From NCBI GenBank assembly GCA_016935525.1, contig JAFGQU010000002.1:34560-98559 (forward strand): DNA of 64,000 nt, read 5' to 3'. This stretch comes from Candidatus Omnitrophota bacterium (GTDB lineage: Bacteria; Omnitrophota; Gorgyraeia; Duberdicusellales; 4484-171). Of this stretch, positions 48,725 to 58,387 are shown one piece after another; position 1 is the stretch's first letter; every line of letters starts with the position of its first letter. The notes below the pieces were generated by a model, which saw only the letters and a program-made list of their open reading frames with translations, ran no database searches and had not been told where the DNA came from. The translations under genes and the position numbers were made by a program.

Positions 48725-49726
48725 TTAAAAATAATGACAAAATTGTAAACAGGGATTTTTACATTTTTGGGCTTTCCTTCTCATCTGTCCGGCTTTAGAA
48801 GAATACCAGGCCTGACGTATACCCATCCGATACACATCGCCGCAACTATCCTGGCAAAAAAACACACAAGAACTCATCCGTCCATTACGTTTTTCTCCGG
48901 CAGTAATGATCATGCTTTTATACCCGGCAGCGCATTTCTTGTGAATGCTTTTAAGCGAATAGTAATCCTCAAGGAGGCCGGCGTCGGGATTCCAGTCAAT
49001 ACGAAGATTTTGATACTCATGAGTTAATATCATTTTAAAGTCGTCTTTAAGTCGCATCACGTCATCTTCCTGGGGCCACAAATCGCTTGCCTGAACGCCT
49101 TTAGGAGAATTCTGAGGATCGGTATTGCGCACCAGATACGGTATAAAATTCATCACGTTTACCCCTAACCTGTCGGCAGTGTTCGTCATTTCATACAACT
49201 GCCCGCAGTTGTTACGATAGATCACTGTGCCTACTCCGATCGATTTTACCGGATTAAGCTTCCGCAATAAGACGATGTTCTGCAGCAGACGATCATAGGC
49301 CCCCGCCCCTCTTAGTCGATCATGAGCATCTTTGTTCCCGTCAAAAGAGAAATGCACGTGATCGATAGAGGAAGCAGCGATTCTTTCAATCATCTCCCGG
49401 TTATAATACCCGTTCGTCGTCACCGAAACATCCATATTTCGCTTTTTGATATAGTCGGATATCTCGAATATCTCTTTTACCAAAAACGGTTCTCCGCCGC
49501 TTAATACCACCTGAGAGATCTTCATCTGGCAAGCTTGATCGATAATATCAAATATCTTCGCTACATCCACCGCGCCGCGGGGAGCATCTACCGGCTGTTT
49601 GATGCTGCAGATGCCACACTGTAGATTACATTGGTTGGTAAGCGAAAGAATCATCATCTGCGGCGGCAAAAGCGGCCTCCCCAGATACCGTGACAACCCG
49701 TACACCATCTTTTGAAAAAAAGTCAT
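48725..49726 (-). CDS. radical SAM/SPASM-like protein
   Basis: RYLGRPLLPPQMMILSLTNQCNLQCGICSIK, LSGGEPFLVKE; C-terminal CKNPCLQFCHYF. Confidence 0.8.
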   Translation of the reverse strand: MTFFQKMVYGLSRYLGRPLLPPQMMILSLTNQCNLQCGICSIKQPVDAPRGAVDVAKIFDIIDQACQMKISQVVLSGGEPFLVKEIFEISDYIKKRNMDVSVTTNGYYNREMIERIAASSIDHVHFSFDGNKDAHDRLRGAGAYDRLLQNIVLLRKLNPVKSIGVGTVIYRNNCGQLYEMTNTADRLGVNVMNFIPYLVRNTDPQNSPKGVQASDLWPQEDDVMRLKDDFKMILTHEYQNLRIDWNPDAGLLEDYYSLKSIHKKCAAGYKSMIITAGEKRNGRMSSCVFFCQDSCGDVYRMGIRQAWYSSKAGQMRRKAQKCKNPCLQFCHYF

Positions 49727-49728
49727 AG

Positions 49729-50889
49729 TTACTCCCGGTCCCGTTCTAACAAATATTGATTAAACTCATACGTCTCGCTGCGTAAAGGGCCACAGCATTC
49801 ATGACAGGCCTGGTGAATAAATTGTTTTTGCGATACTTTTTCTCTTAACTTGTTCATCTGGTCGCCCTGCCAGGCTTTTTGGTAAGAATCCCCTATTTTA
49901 CATAATTTGTCTTTGATCAGTGTGCAGGGAGAAAGGTACCCGTCTTCGGAAATCACCAGAGTTTTCCATACATGTATACAATAGAACGGCAGTTGAAGGA
50001 TCCCCTCTTTTTCCTCTCTCCCCGCATTTCTCTCCGGTTTCTTTCCATAATGAGCGAGAAAAAAATTGATATTATGTTTGATCCTCGTCTCATCCGCCTT
50101 TTGCCGCAACAACGAGACGCATTCCCGGGATTCCTCTTCGGTCAGCATCAGCTGTTCGGCGCGAGAATGGACGTTCATCAAAGGCATCAACTGGATCTCT
50201 TCTACTTTTTTTTCAATACAATAATCGATAAGCTCAAGGATCCGACGATAATTTTTCTTATGGACCACCGGGCAACAGATAATGTAAGGAGCCGTTTTAT
50301 CCGATGCCGTTTTTATATCGGCGAATTTCGTTAACGCATTGTCTATTTTCCGGAAATTACCCGGAACCCCCCGTATTTCATCATGGATTTCTCCGGAAGA
50401 AGAATCCAGGCTGATCCTCAACAGATCCCAACGTATATCGTGTAACGCGCCGATAAACGCCTCATCGAGCAGTAACCCGTTCGTAATAAGTATTCCTCTC
50501 ATATTACATTTTTTTATCTCCCTTAAGATCCCGATAATATTTTTATATAATAACGGTTCTCCGCCCCGCCCGCCGATATTCCATACTTCGGTCCCGTTAC
50601 GAGAAGATTCCCGCACAATACCCACAATGCGTTCATAAGGGACTGCCGGTTCAAACTGACGTTGCGAATCGGAATCGTATCCTCCGCAATATTGGCAACG
50701 GGAATTACATATATACGCAGGGAACCATTCGATCATGTATGGACTCTCTAATGAAGAGAATATCGAAGAATAGAGCCGGCCGTAAAGATCTCCGGAAGCG
50801 ACCGGCTCCTTTTGACTATGCCGATACAATATTTTATCGGCGATCTTGCGCAAAAATCCGGATTTTTTAGTACCTGTTTTTTGGTTCAT
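49729..50889 (-). CDS. radical SAM/SPASM-like protein
   Basis: YICNSRCQYCGG, GGRGGEPLLYKN; C-terminal CIHVWKTLV...CTLIKDKLCKIG...CHECCGP. Confidence 0.75.
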   Translation of the reverse strand: MNQKTGTKKSGFLRKIADKILYRHSQKEPVASGDLYGRLYSSIFSSLESPYMIEWFPAYICNSRCQYCGGYDSDSQRQFEPAVPYERIVGIVRESSRNGTEVWNIGGRGGEPLLYKNIIGILREIKKCNMRGILITNGLLLDEAFIGALHDIRWDLLRISLDSSSGEIHDEIRGVPGNFRKIDNALTKFADIKTASDKTAPYIICCPVVHKKNYRRILELIDYCIEKKVEEIQLMPLMNVHSRAEQLMLTEEESRECVSLLRQKADETRIKHNINFFLAHYGKKPERNAGREEKEGILQLPFYCIHVWKTLVISEDGYLSPCTLIKDKLCKIGDSYQKAWQGDQMNKLREKVSQKQFIHQACHECCGPLRSETYEFNQYLLERDRE

Positions 50890-51857
50890 ATTACGTCATA
50901 TATTTCCCGATAGGAATGTTTACTCAATAACACATGCATGCAATTCGAGCATATTTCTCGATAACGCGAGCGCATCTCGACATATTTTTGATTATTCCAG
51001 ATATCCTCAAATGAAGATTGAGTGATATTCCCCATCAGGTCGTTATTCATACAACATCCTAACACGTCGCCGTTGGGGAAAAGATAAAGATTCTTCCACA
51101 ATACCGGGCAATGCCAATCGGCCACTTTTTGTAACGTATTCACGACAGTAAGTGCGGGATGCATCTTTCGGAAGCGTTCCAAAGCGTCTAAAAAATCGAC
51201 GAACTCTCCGTAAGAAGGAAGGTATTCGTCTCTTAATTCTTCTTTGAGAAAAAGGACTTTTGTGTAAATCAGGTTTTTGCAGTGATACTTTGCCCCGACT
51301 TCAAACAGTCGCAATGAATCATCCAGGTTTTTTTTAGTCACTACCGCCGAAAGGTTCAGGTTGAATCCGTAGACATTCTTATATTCCCTCAATCTCTCCA
51401 GAGTCGGAACGATCTTTGAAAAAGGGTACCCCCTGGTCAACTCATTGGTCTTGGGCCCGTCTACGGATATGGTAATGCTCCGGGTACACGGCAACAGTTT
51501 AAATAATATCTTTTCATCGATATCTATCCCGTTGGTGGTAAGAAAAAATTCTATACCCAGAGGAGCCAGTATTTCAATCAATTCTCCCAGATAGGGATAA
51601 AGAAAAGGCTCTCCGGTCACGCTGAATTCCACATACTTTGCCCGGGTAAACAGAAAAATATTATTTTTTATCAATTCCAACGGCATGGTCCCATACTGAA
51701 AACTTTTTTTATTAAGGCCGTGTATTTCACAATACACGCAACGGGCGTTACAATTGTTATTGGTCTGAAGATTGATGATCGTGGGGTAAGACCGCAGGAC
51801 TGTTTTATGTTCACAATATTCCTGCTGATTGAGCTGGGCATTCACTCTACGATCCAT
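50886..51857 (-). CDS. radical SAM/SPASM-like protein
   Basis: TNNNCNARCVYCEI, VTGEPFLYPY; C-terminal WHCPVLWKNLYLFPNGDVLGCCMN...CSNCMHV. Confidence 0.75.
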   Translation of the reverse strand: MDRRVNAQLNQQEYCEHKTVLRSYPTIINLQTNNNCNARCVYCEIHGLNKKSFQYGTMPLELIKNNIFLFTRAKYVEFSVTGEPFLYPYLGELIEILAPLGIEFFLTTNGIDIDEKILFKLLPCTRSITISVDGPKTNELTRGYPFSKIVPTLERLREYKNVYGFNLNLSAVVTKKNLDDSLRLFEVGAKYHCKNLIYTKVLFLKEELRDEYLPSYGEFVDFLDALERFRKMHPALTVVNTLQKVADWHCPVLWKNLYLFPNGDVLGCCMNNDLMGNITQSSFEDIWNNQKYVEMRSRYREICSNCMHVLLSKHSYREIYDVI

Positions 51858-52818
51858 AATTTTCCTGATTGATATGGAGCCCCTGCAAACAAGGTTCCTT
51901 GCAGGTCTTTATTCGTTCCAGTTCGGCCTGATATTCTTCGGAATAGAAAATCTCCTTAAAATCATATGCGTACAGCGGCATCGGGACCTCTTTCCCGCAC
52001 AGATACGGTAATCCTTCACAGGTGATGTTCAGCGATTCGTATCCGGTAAGACATCGCCCGTTTTTTTCTAACACATTGGCGAAATAGTGCATATACGACC
52101 TGATTAAAGGTGCCGGACGGGTACTTATATATTCATGAGCTACCAGATAATCGATGATCTCTTTTAACTTTGCTTTCTCTTTTTCGGTAAGCCGGAATTT
52201 TTCCCGCACATAACATAATTCATTGTTGGGGATTACCGGCTGGACATCAAATCGCACCCCTTTAAATCTCTCAAACTCTTTAAGAAAATCCACAAAATGA
52301 GAAAAATTCTCCGGCATCAATATTGAACTTACCGTCAGGCTCGCGATCTTCTCGGCAAGAAAATATTCTTTATACACCCGCTCAAAATTGTGTACCGTCT
52401 TCTTAAACGTCCCGCCCCCTCTTATAAAATCATGGTCATATTGAAGGCCATCGATAGAAAAGATTATTCCTATTTTTTTCAATTCGTGTTCGTCAAATTG
52501 ATCCAAAAAAACTCCATCAAATAAAGTCCCGTTAGAAATGACATTGACGGTATTTATGTCGCATGCGCAGGTAAATTTCATAATGTGTCCAAGGTCGTCT
52601 CTTAAAAGCGGCTCTCCGCCGCCGAAGGTAATCCGCTGAATAGCACAGTTTCTTTCGAGATTTCCGATAATCTTGATCCACTCCTGGGAAGAGAGTTCCG
52701 ATTCCGCGCCATATTTCCCTTTACCGGTGGTACACATCAGGCATTGCAGGTTACAACGGTTGGTGATCGCGATATAAAATTCGCATATATTAAAATGTTT
52801 ATCTCTCATCTGGCTCAT
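51847..52818 (-). CDS. radical SAM/SPASM-like protein
   Basis: ITNRCNLQCLMCTT, FGGGEPLLRDD; C-terminal CLTGYESLNITCEGLPYLCGK...CKEPCLQG. Confidence 0.75.
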   Translation of the reverse strand: MSQMRDKHFNICEFYIAITNRCNLQCLMCTTGKGKYGAESELSSQEWIKIIGNLERNCAIQRITFGGGEPLLRDDLGHIMKFTCACDINTVNVISNGTLFDGVFLDQFDEHELKKIGIIFSIDGLQYDHDFIRGGGTFKKTVHNFERVYKEYFLAEKIASLTVSSILMPENFSHFVDFLKEFERFKGVRFDVQPVIPNNELCYVREKFRLTEKEKAKLKEIIDYLVAHEYISTRPAPLIRSYMHYFANVLEKNGRCLTGYESLNITCEGLPYLCGKEVPMPLYAYDFKEIFYSEEYQAELERIKTCKEPCLQGLHINQENYGS

Positions 52819-53863
52819 GACATCCTGCTTTTTTTTCTACACCATCACCTTCAAGATAATATTCCAATTCCTGATTCAACTGTTTTATCGGGCTGCAACA
52901 GGACTCATAACAATAAGGATATTCTCTTAAAAATTCGTATTCGCTTAAGATCCGGCCGTAGATCTTTTCTAAGTCGTCCCGGATGACGTTAAATTTTGTC
53001 TTTAAGGGGTCGCCGTTGCATTTAAGCACCTGCCCATCACAGTTGATTAAAAGTTTATACAGATGAAAATAACATATCTTCTTCAAGGGGCTGTGCTGGA
53101 CTGGTCGATGGGAATCCCTGCCGTCGGGGGCCTTTTCGATCCACTCTAACCGGTTAAACGTGACTTTGGTCTCGATTTCTGACAGTAGTGCGCGGAAAGA
53201 CTGCATCTCTTCATCATGAAGACTGAGCGCATCATACTGTTCATTCATCCTGACCAGTTTCAATAATGTAACATTCTTGGCGTTATATGAATCGACGATC
53301 CGAAAATAGTCTTTGACGTACGCATAATTCAATTTATTCACCACCATATTGAAATTGAGATGTACCCGCGGATTTTGTTCTGCCGAATAGCGCAGAAATC
53401 TATGAATCGCTTCCAAGTACTTTTGCTTACCCGGCATCGGCCGCAATTGATATTGGATATCGTCGGAGAAAGAATCGATCGAAACGATGATAATGTCCCA
53501 TCCGATCTCCTTTAAAAATTTCGCGAAATCTTCATCAAGCCGACTCCCGTTGGTCAAAAGCGTGCCAAAAAAACCTCTCTTTTTAATCTCGCCCATAAGG
53601 AATCTCAGGTTTTTAAATACCGTAGGCTCCCCGATCAAAGAAGTCAGCGAGATTTCTTTTACGCCTAAGGCCTGCGCCGAATCAAGAAGACGCAACAGGG
53701 TATCTTTTGACAACAGGTCTTTCGGTTTAGCGCTTATTTTCCCTGAACAATAAAGACAATCCAGATTACAAGAACTGCTTAATGCCAAGTCTAAGCAATA
53801 AGGCCCTTTAGGAGAACAGGTCAGATTATGTTGTACGCGGGCGAGAAAAGCTTGAGAGATCAT
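52799..53863 (-). CDS. radical SAM/SPASM-like protein
   Basis: LSSSCNLDCLYCSGK; C-terminal ICYFHLYKLLINCDGQVLKCNG...CYESCCSP. Confidence 0.7.
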   Translation of the reverse strand: MISQAFLARVQHNLTCSPKGPYCLDLALSSSCNLDCLYCSGKISAKPKDLLSKDTLLRLLDSAQALGVKEISLTSLIGEPTVFKNLRFLMGEIKKRGFFGTLLTNGSRLDEDFAKFLKEIGWDIIIVSIDSFSDDIQYQLRPMPGKQKYLEAIHRFLRYSAEQNPRVHLNFNMVVNKLNYAYVKDYFRIVDSYNAKNVTLLKLVRMNEQYDALSLHDEEMQSFRALLSEIETKVTFNRLEWIEKAPDGRDSHRPVQHSPLKKICYFHLYKLLINCDGQVLKCNGDPLKTKFNVIRDDLEKIYGRILSEYEFLREYPYCYESCCSPIKQLNQELEYYLEGDGVEKKAGCHEPDER

Positions 53864-53865
53864 TT

Positions 53866-56298
53866 TTAAATATTTTTATACATATAACAATCCTGAAAAC
53901 AGCGCACCTTACACTTTTTCGCTTTATCACGAAACGTACGGGCCTCCGGAGAATACCATATCTGTTTTAACGGACGGCTACTGATATTGCCTAACGTACT
54001 GCTGCATAGCCACACATCTCCATTCGCAGTGATGGATAATCGGTTATATCCGGCAAAACATTTCCAATTCACATACTTTTTAGAAAGCAGATAGTTGAGG
54101 TACGCCTGAGGATAAAAAAAGACGCAATTATGAAAACGGCAATAGCCTTCGATTTTCCCGATCTGATCAAATAATATTCCGGGATGTTCGATGTCGGCAA
54201 GCGGACTGTTGATGCCGGCGATCACGTTAGTATTATCATCGACTACGTTTAAAAGCTGGAATTTAGAATAAGGATACAACTGGTGCAGATATCTCACCAG
54301 TTGGTAAAGATCCTGATAATTATATCTCGTGATCAGGATATTAAAACATACTTCAAAACGGACACCTTTGTGCTGCACAAAGTCATATAGTTTTCTTAAA
54401 TTCTCGGTGACGCGGGCGAACGCCCCCGCTCCTCTTATCTCATCATGGGCCGAGGGAAACCCGTCCAGAGAGATATTCAACAGATCGAAAGAGACTGTTT
54501 CGGCAAGAAACCGGTCAAGAAGCATACCGTTAGAACTGAGGTGGAATGAACGACGGTCGTTTTTTACGGTCTCAGCGATCCGGGAAAAATCGGGATGCAG
54601 TAACGGCTCTCCTCCGGTAAGCTGAATGATCTTGTGCGGGTTTTTGAACTCATCGATTTGCTCCAGCAGATCGGTAAACATCGAAAAATCAAGATGCCCC
54701 ACGCATTTATTGGCTTGGCACATCGGACAACGGAGATTACAATGGTCAGTTATTTCGATCATAAAATACTGAGGCTCAACAAAAGGATGCCCGATAAGAC
54801 GGGAAAAAATAAATTTCATTTTTGCCGGATCGATCCTCTGTTTCACTTTTTTCCAACGGTTATAGTAAGATAAGCTCCTCAGAAAAATATTTTTTCCGTT
54901 TCTCTTTGGCGGAGAAAAAAAAGAAGCGAATTTGGCCAAAGAATTCAATAAGCCATAGTGTTTTTTACCGGCATTCTCAATATAGGTCTCAAGCAGGCGC
55001 AGATCCGATTCAAGATAATCTTTTTCCCTCGCGCTCAATCCTCCGATCCGTAGATTCTGCTCAAGAGACCTGATGAAATCATCGATATGCTCTTCGATCA
55101 AATGGTATCCGGCTACAAGGATCGGCCGCAACGGCAACTGGGGATACCGATGGATATATTCTTCCAGAAAATGCAGTTCCCGCATGAGTAAAAAAAAGTT
55201 ATTGTGTTCCATGAGCCGCTGATGGATCTCACTTAATGTATCTGCCGAAGGACGTATAGAACAGAATTGCACGCAATTTGCCTTGCAATTTTTTATGGTC
55301 TCCCGGAAAGACCGGGCCGCGAGGCCAGACCAAACTTCAAAGAGCGAATCTTTTTCGGCTAAACCGAAATGCTGGTCTTTTTCTTTATTGGGCCCATTAC
55401 ACACAAAACAGATCTTCTCTCCTACCGCCAGAGCCCGGCAAAAACCGGCATAACATTTATCAACATAAATCTCGCTGGAAAAATATGTATAGATCTTTTC
55501 GTGAGGGACTTCGATATGGACCCAGGTATGGAAGTTACGCTCTTTTATCTTATCAAGCGTATCTTTAAGCAAAGGCAACCGCTCAGGCGGGATCCAAAAC
55601 CTATCTTCACGACGCCCTTTTAAATCGCTGTTACACACATAGGGTTGAATATGGATACCACAGACATTATACTTTTCACAGAAATCGATCATCTCATACA
55701 TGGTATCCAGGGTCTGGTCCATCAACACCGAACAGGTATCGACCAGAGGATATTTGGTGTTACGGCGTTGTTTTTCAACGTTGATATATTCGAGAGCGTC
55801 AATAATTTTTTCAAACACCCCTGCTCCTCGCAAAGAATCATGAATCTCCTTCTTCGGAGAATCAATGGATATCCCTAATGTCTCCAGCCCCGAATCAAAT
55901 AATCTATTGATTGTTTTATGATCCAGCAGAGTACCGTTGGTATTCACATGCGTACGCACATGAGGGTAGTAGTCGCGGACATATTTTATGAGACTAAAAA
56001 TGTCCGGCCGCAGCAGCGCTTCGCCTCCGGTGAAATACACTTCTTTAAGATTCCCTAAACGATACGCATCGTCAATGAGTTTTTTCACATAAAAAGTATC
56101 TATCTCTTTTTCTTTCACTCGCCAGACACCGCACATCGCACACTGCAAATTACATCTTGTGGTGAGGATCAACTGCAGCATATGCGGGCCGATCAGGGGA
56201 ATATTGAGGGCGAGAGAAAAATTATAGAGATAATCTTCTTTTATCGAATCGAAAAATACAAGTTGCTCGTTGATATTATCCAGACAATAATGAAACAT
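53866..56298 (-). CDS. tandem double radical SAM/SPASM-like protein (two complete rSAM modules in one 810-aa polypeptide)
   Basis: Module 1 has LTTRCNLQCAMCGVW (aa 46-60), FTGGEALLRPD and CKANCVQFCSI. A ~140-aa helical linker follows. Module 2 has ITDHCNLRCPMCQAN (aa 516-530), LTGGEPLLHPD and CKVRCFQDCYM. There is no in-frame stop between them. Confidence 0.8.
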   Translation of the reverse strand: MFHYCLDNINEQLVFFDSIKEDYLYNFSLALNIPLIGPHMLQLILTTRCNLQCAMCGVWRVKEKEIDTFYVKKLIDDAYRLGNLKEVYFTGGEALLRPDIFSLIKYVRDYYPHVRTHVNTNGTLLDHKTINRLFDSGLETLGISIDSPKKEIHDSLRGAGVFEKIIDALEYINVEKQRRNTKYPLVDTCSVLMDQTLDTMYEMIDFCEKYNVCGIHIQPYVCNSDLKGRREDRFWIPPERLPLLKDTLDKIKERNFHTWVHIEVPHEKIYTYFSSEIYVDKCYAGFCRALAVGEKICFVCNGPNKEKDQHFGLAEKDSLFEVWSGLAARSFRETIKNCKANCVQFCSIRPSADTLSEIHQRLMEHNNFFLLMRELHFLEEYIHRYPQLPLRPILVAGYHLIEEHIDDFIRSLEQNLRIGGLSAREKDYLESDLRLLETYIENAGKKHYGLLNSLAKFASFFSPPKRNGKNIFLRSLSYYNRWKKVKQRIDPAKMKFIFSRLIGHPFVEPQYFMIEITDHCNLRCPMCQANKCVGHLDFSMFTDLLEQIDEFKNPHKIIQLTGGEPLLHPDFSRIAETVKNDRRSFHLSSNGMLLDRFLAETVSFDLLNISLDGFPSAHDEIRGAGAFARVTENLRKLYDFVQHKGVRFEVCFNILITRYNYQDLYQLVRYLHQLYPYSKFQLLNVVDDNTNVIAGINSPLADIEHPGILFDQIGKIEGYCRFHNCVFFYPQAYLNYLLSKKYVNWKCFAGYNRLSITANGDVWLCSSTLGNISSRPLKQIWYSPEARTFRDKAKKCKVRCFQDCYMYKNI

Positions 56299-56348
56299 AT
56301 TTGTATATCTAAAAAATTTTCTTCACCCTCGGGCTCTTTAGGCTTACG

Positions 56349-58295
56349 TTACACGATACATTCTACCTTTATTTCTCCCGAGGTTTTCCGAGGATCACAA
56401 AAACAAGGTAAAAGACAAGGCCAGGGACACCGGGCAGCCTGGTTGTAAGCATGTATCCTGGCTGCCCCGTCAAGTATATCTCTTAACGACTGCTTTTTTA
56501 TATCGCCATAAAAAGAGAAACAAGTCGCACTTTTACCTTCATTCGCAATAAGCATCGTCTTTTGAGCCGACTTACAGCGGACATCGGTACCGCGCAGCTG
56601 ACGACGATAATATTTTTTCATTAAAAGCAGGTTCTCTTCCGAATTGCAAATGAAATCTTTATAGCGCTTTTTCGTTTGGATCAGCAGATCAACGGTTTTA
56701 TCCAGTAACGGCAGTTGATCCGGAGTGACCCAGAACGGAGACTGCCTCCGGTCAGCCATTCTCAAATTATTCGGCAGAAGCGCTTGAAATTGCAACGAAT
56801 TTACCTTTAATTCATAGAGAAAAGGGATTAACTGCGGCAATTCTTTTAGATTTGCTCCGCAGATAATACTGATTACATTAAACCGGACCTGGGCGCGGCG
56901 GCTTTTAAGCGCTGCCAGCAAACGCAGACTTTCTACCGTATGTTCCCAGGCGCAAGGCGAGTTCCGCATATAATTATGGATTCGGGGAGTAATCGAGTCG
57001 AGAGAGATTATTAAAGATATCGTCTCGTCGGTCAGATAGGGTTCTAAACGAGAAAACATTTCTTTTACGGCCAGACCATTACTTAATACGCCTATCTTTT
57101 TCAGGCCGAGGTGTCGGGCATGATCGAATATTTCCGGAATATCTTTCCTCAAAAGAGGTTCTCCACCGGAAAGGGTAATTTCTTTAATCCCGAGCCGGCG
57201 CGCTTCACGTAAGACTTTTTTTACATACCTCAACTCCAAGTCAGACTCCTCTTTGGCGGTTTTCCAGATGTCACATATCCGACAGGAAAGGTTACAACGA
57301 TGAGTGATGTCCAATATCAAGAGTTGCGGCGGCGGCAGCAGTTGTGGTGTAATTGTCTTATTTTTCTTTACTCTCAGGTACTCGGCAATATTACCCAGTA
57401 TATATACCGCCTTATGGATGCTCAGGCAGATGTACATCGACAGTTTTTTATTGATATTTTTGATCTGTTCTTTACAAATAAGTTTTCTTGCCAATATATA
57501 CACAAAACGGGGAATTTTAAGGATATTGAACGCGGTAGCCCGCCAAAAAGAAAATGTTCCCGGATCAAGCTCTTTCAATAAAGGATGGTCACGGTGGAGA
57601 TATTGGACCAAAAAGTTTCCGCGACCATAGATATAGGCTTGTCGAATAAAACTAAAAAAAGTCTCATCCCGGTCATGGACCACAATAATATCCTGATCCC
57701 AGAGAAACCTCTTACCATTTTTAAAAAGACGCCAGAAAAATTCCAGGTCTTCCCCTCCGGGAAAAGGAAAATGTTCATTAAACCGGGCCTGCTCAAATAC
57801 CTCTTTTTTAAAAGAGACATTGCAGGTGGGGAAGAATATCGCTTGCATTCCTTGACCTATTTTCACTTCAATACTGCACGTACTTAAAAACTGCCCCACC
57901 ATTACATAGCTTCTCTGCTGCGCGGGCAGAGTATCGCCTCCGATGGCCGCAATACCGGGATTATTTCCGTGGGCGGTGACCATTTTTCCTGCCCAATCCC
58001 GCCGGCAGATACAATCATCATCAACAAACCCGATAAGTCGTCCCCGGGCTTGATGTATGCCGAGATTTCTTGCTGCCGCCGGGCCCCGGTGATGTTGCGA
58101 GAAATAGCGCACCTGCGTAAATTCTTTAGCAAAATCCGAAATCAGTTGTTCGACCCGACAGTCGGAGGCATCATCAACAACGATAATCTCAAAATGTTCC
58201 TGAGGATAGTCCTGACCAAGCAAAGCATTAATACAATTTTTGAGCTTTTCTATCCGTTTATATGTGGGGACAATGATCGAAATGATGATATTCAT
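56349..58295 (-). CDS. family 2 glycosyltransferase fused to a C-terminal radical SAM/SPASM-like domain
   Basis: N-terminal IISIIVPTYKRIEKLKNCINALLGQDYPQEHFEIIVVDDASD and FVDDDC (GT2 DxD). A hydrophobic linker follows. The C-terminus has ITHRCNLSCRICDIW, LSGGEPLLRKD and RCPWPCLLPCFC. Start set at MNIIIS (58295), which has AAGGAG 6 nt upstream. Confidence 0.8.
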   Translation of the reverse strand: MNIIISIIVPTYKRIEKLKNCINALLGQDYPQEHFEIIVVDDASDCRVEQLISDFAKEFTQVRYFSQHHRGPAAARNLGIHQARGRLIGFVDDDCICRRDWAGKMVTAHGNNPGIAAIGGDTLPAQQRSYVMVGQFLSTCSIEVKIGQGMQAIFFPTCNVSFKKEVFEQARFNEHFPFPGGEDLEFFWRLFKNGKRFLWDQDIIVVHDRDETFFSFIRQAYIYGRGNFLVQYLHRDHPLLKELDPGTFSFWRATAFNILKIPRFVYILARKLICKEQIKNINKKLSMYICLSIHKAVYILGNIAEYLRVKKNKTITPQLLPPPQLLILDITHRCNLSCRICDIWKTAKEESDLELRYVKKVLREARRLGIKEITLSGGEPLLRKDIPEIFDHARHLGLKKIGVLSNGLAVKEMFSRLEPYLTDETISLIISLDSITPRIHNYMRNSPCAWEHTVESLRLLAALKSRRAQVRFNVISIICGANLKELPQLIPFLYELKVNSLQFQALLPNNLRMADRRQSPFWVTPDQLPLLDKTVDLLIQTKKRYKDFICNSEENLLLMKKYYRRQLRGTDVRCKSAQKTMLIANEGKSATCFSFYGDIKKQSLRDILDGAARIHAYNQAARCPWPCLLPCFCDPRKTSGEIKVECIV

Positions 58296-58387
58296 TGTTG
58301 TCTCCTTACACAGCAAACAGCTGAAAACACCTGTCTTCGCAGAATAAAAAAATAAGGGATTTTTCGTCTCTTTTAAAGAATCCGTTA

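Noticed and set aside
30047-58295. Interpretation of the rSAM array as a classical RiPP cluster (SCIFF, sactipeptide or ranthipeptide-like)
   Set aside because: No candidate precursor ORF in any gap; the genes are packed with overlaps; and a peptidase or RiPP transporter is absent. Glycan-type neighbours and the GT2-rSAM fusion argue otherwise. This is not fully excluded, because the precursor could be encoded elsewhere.
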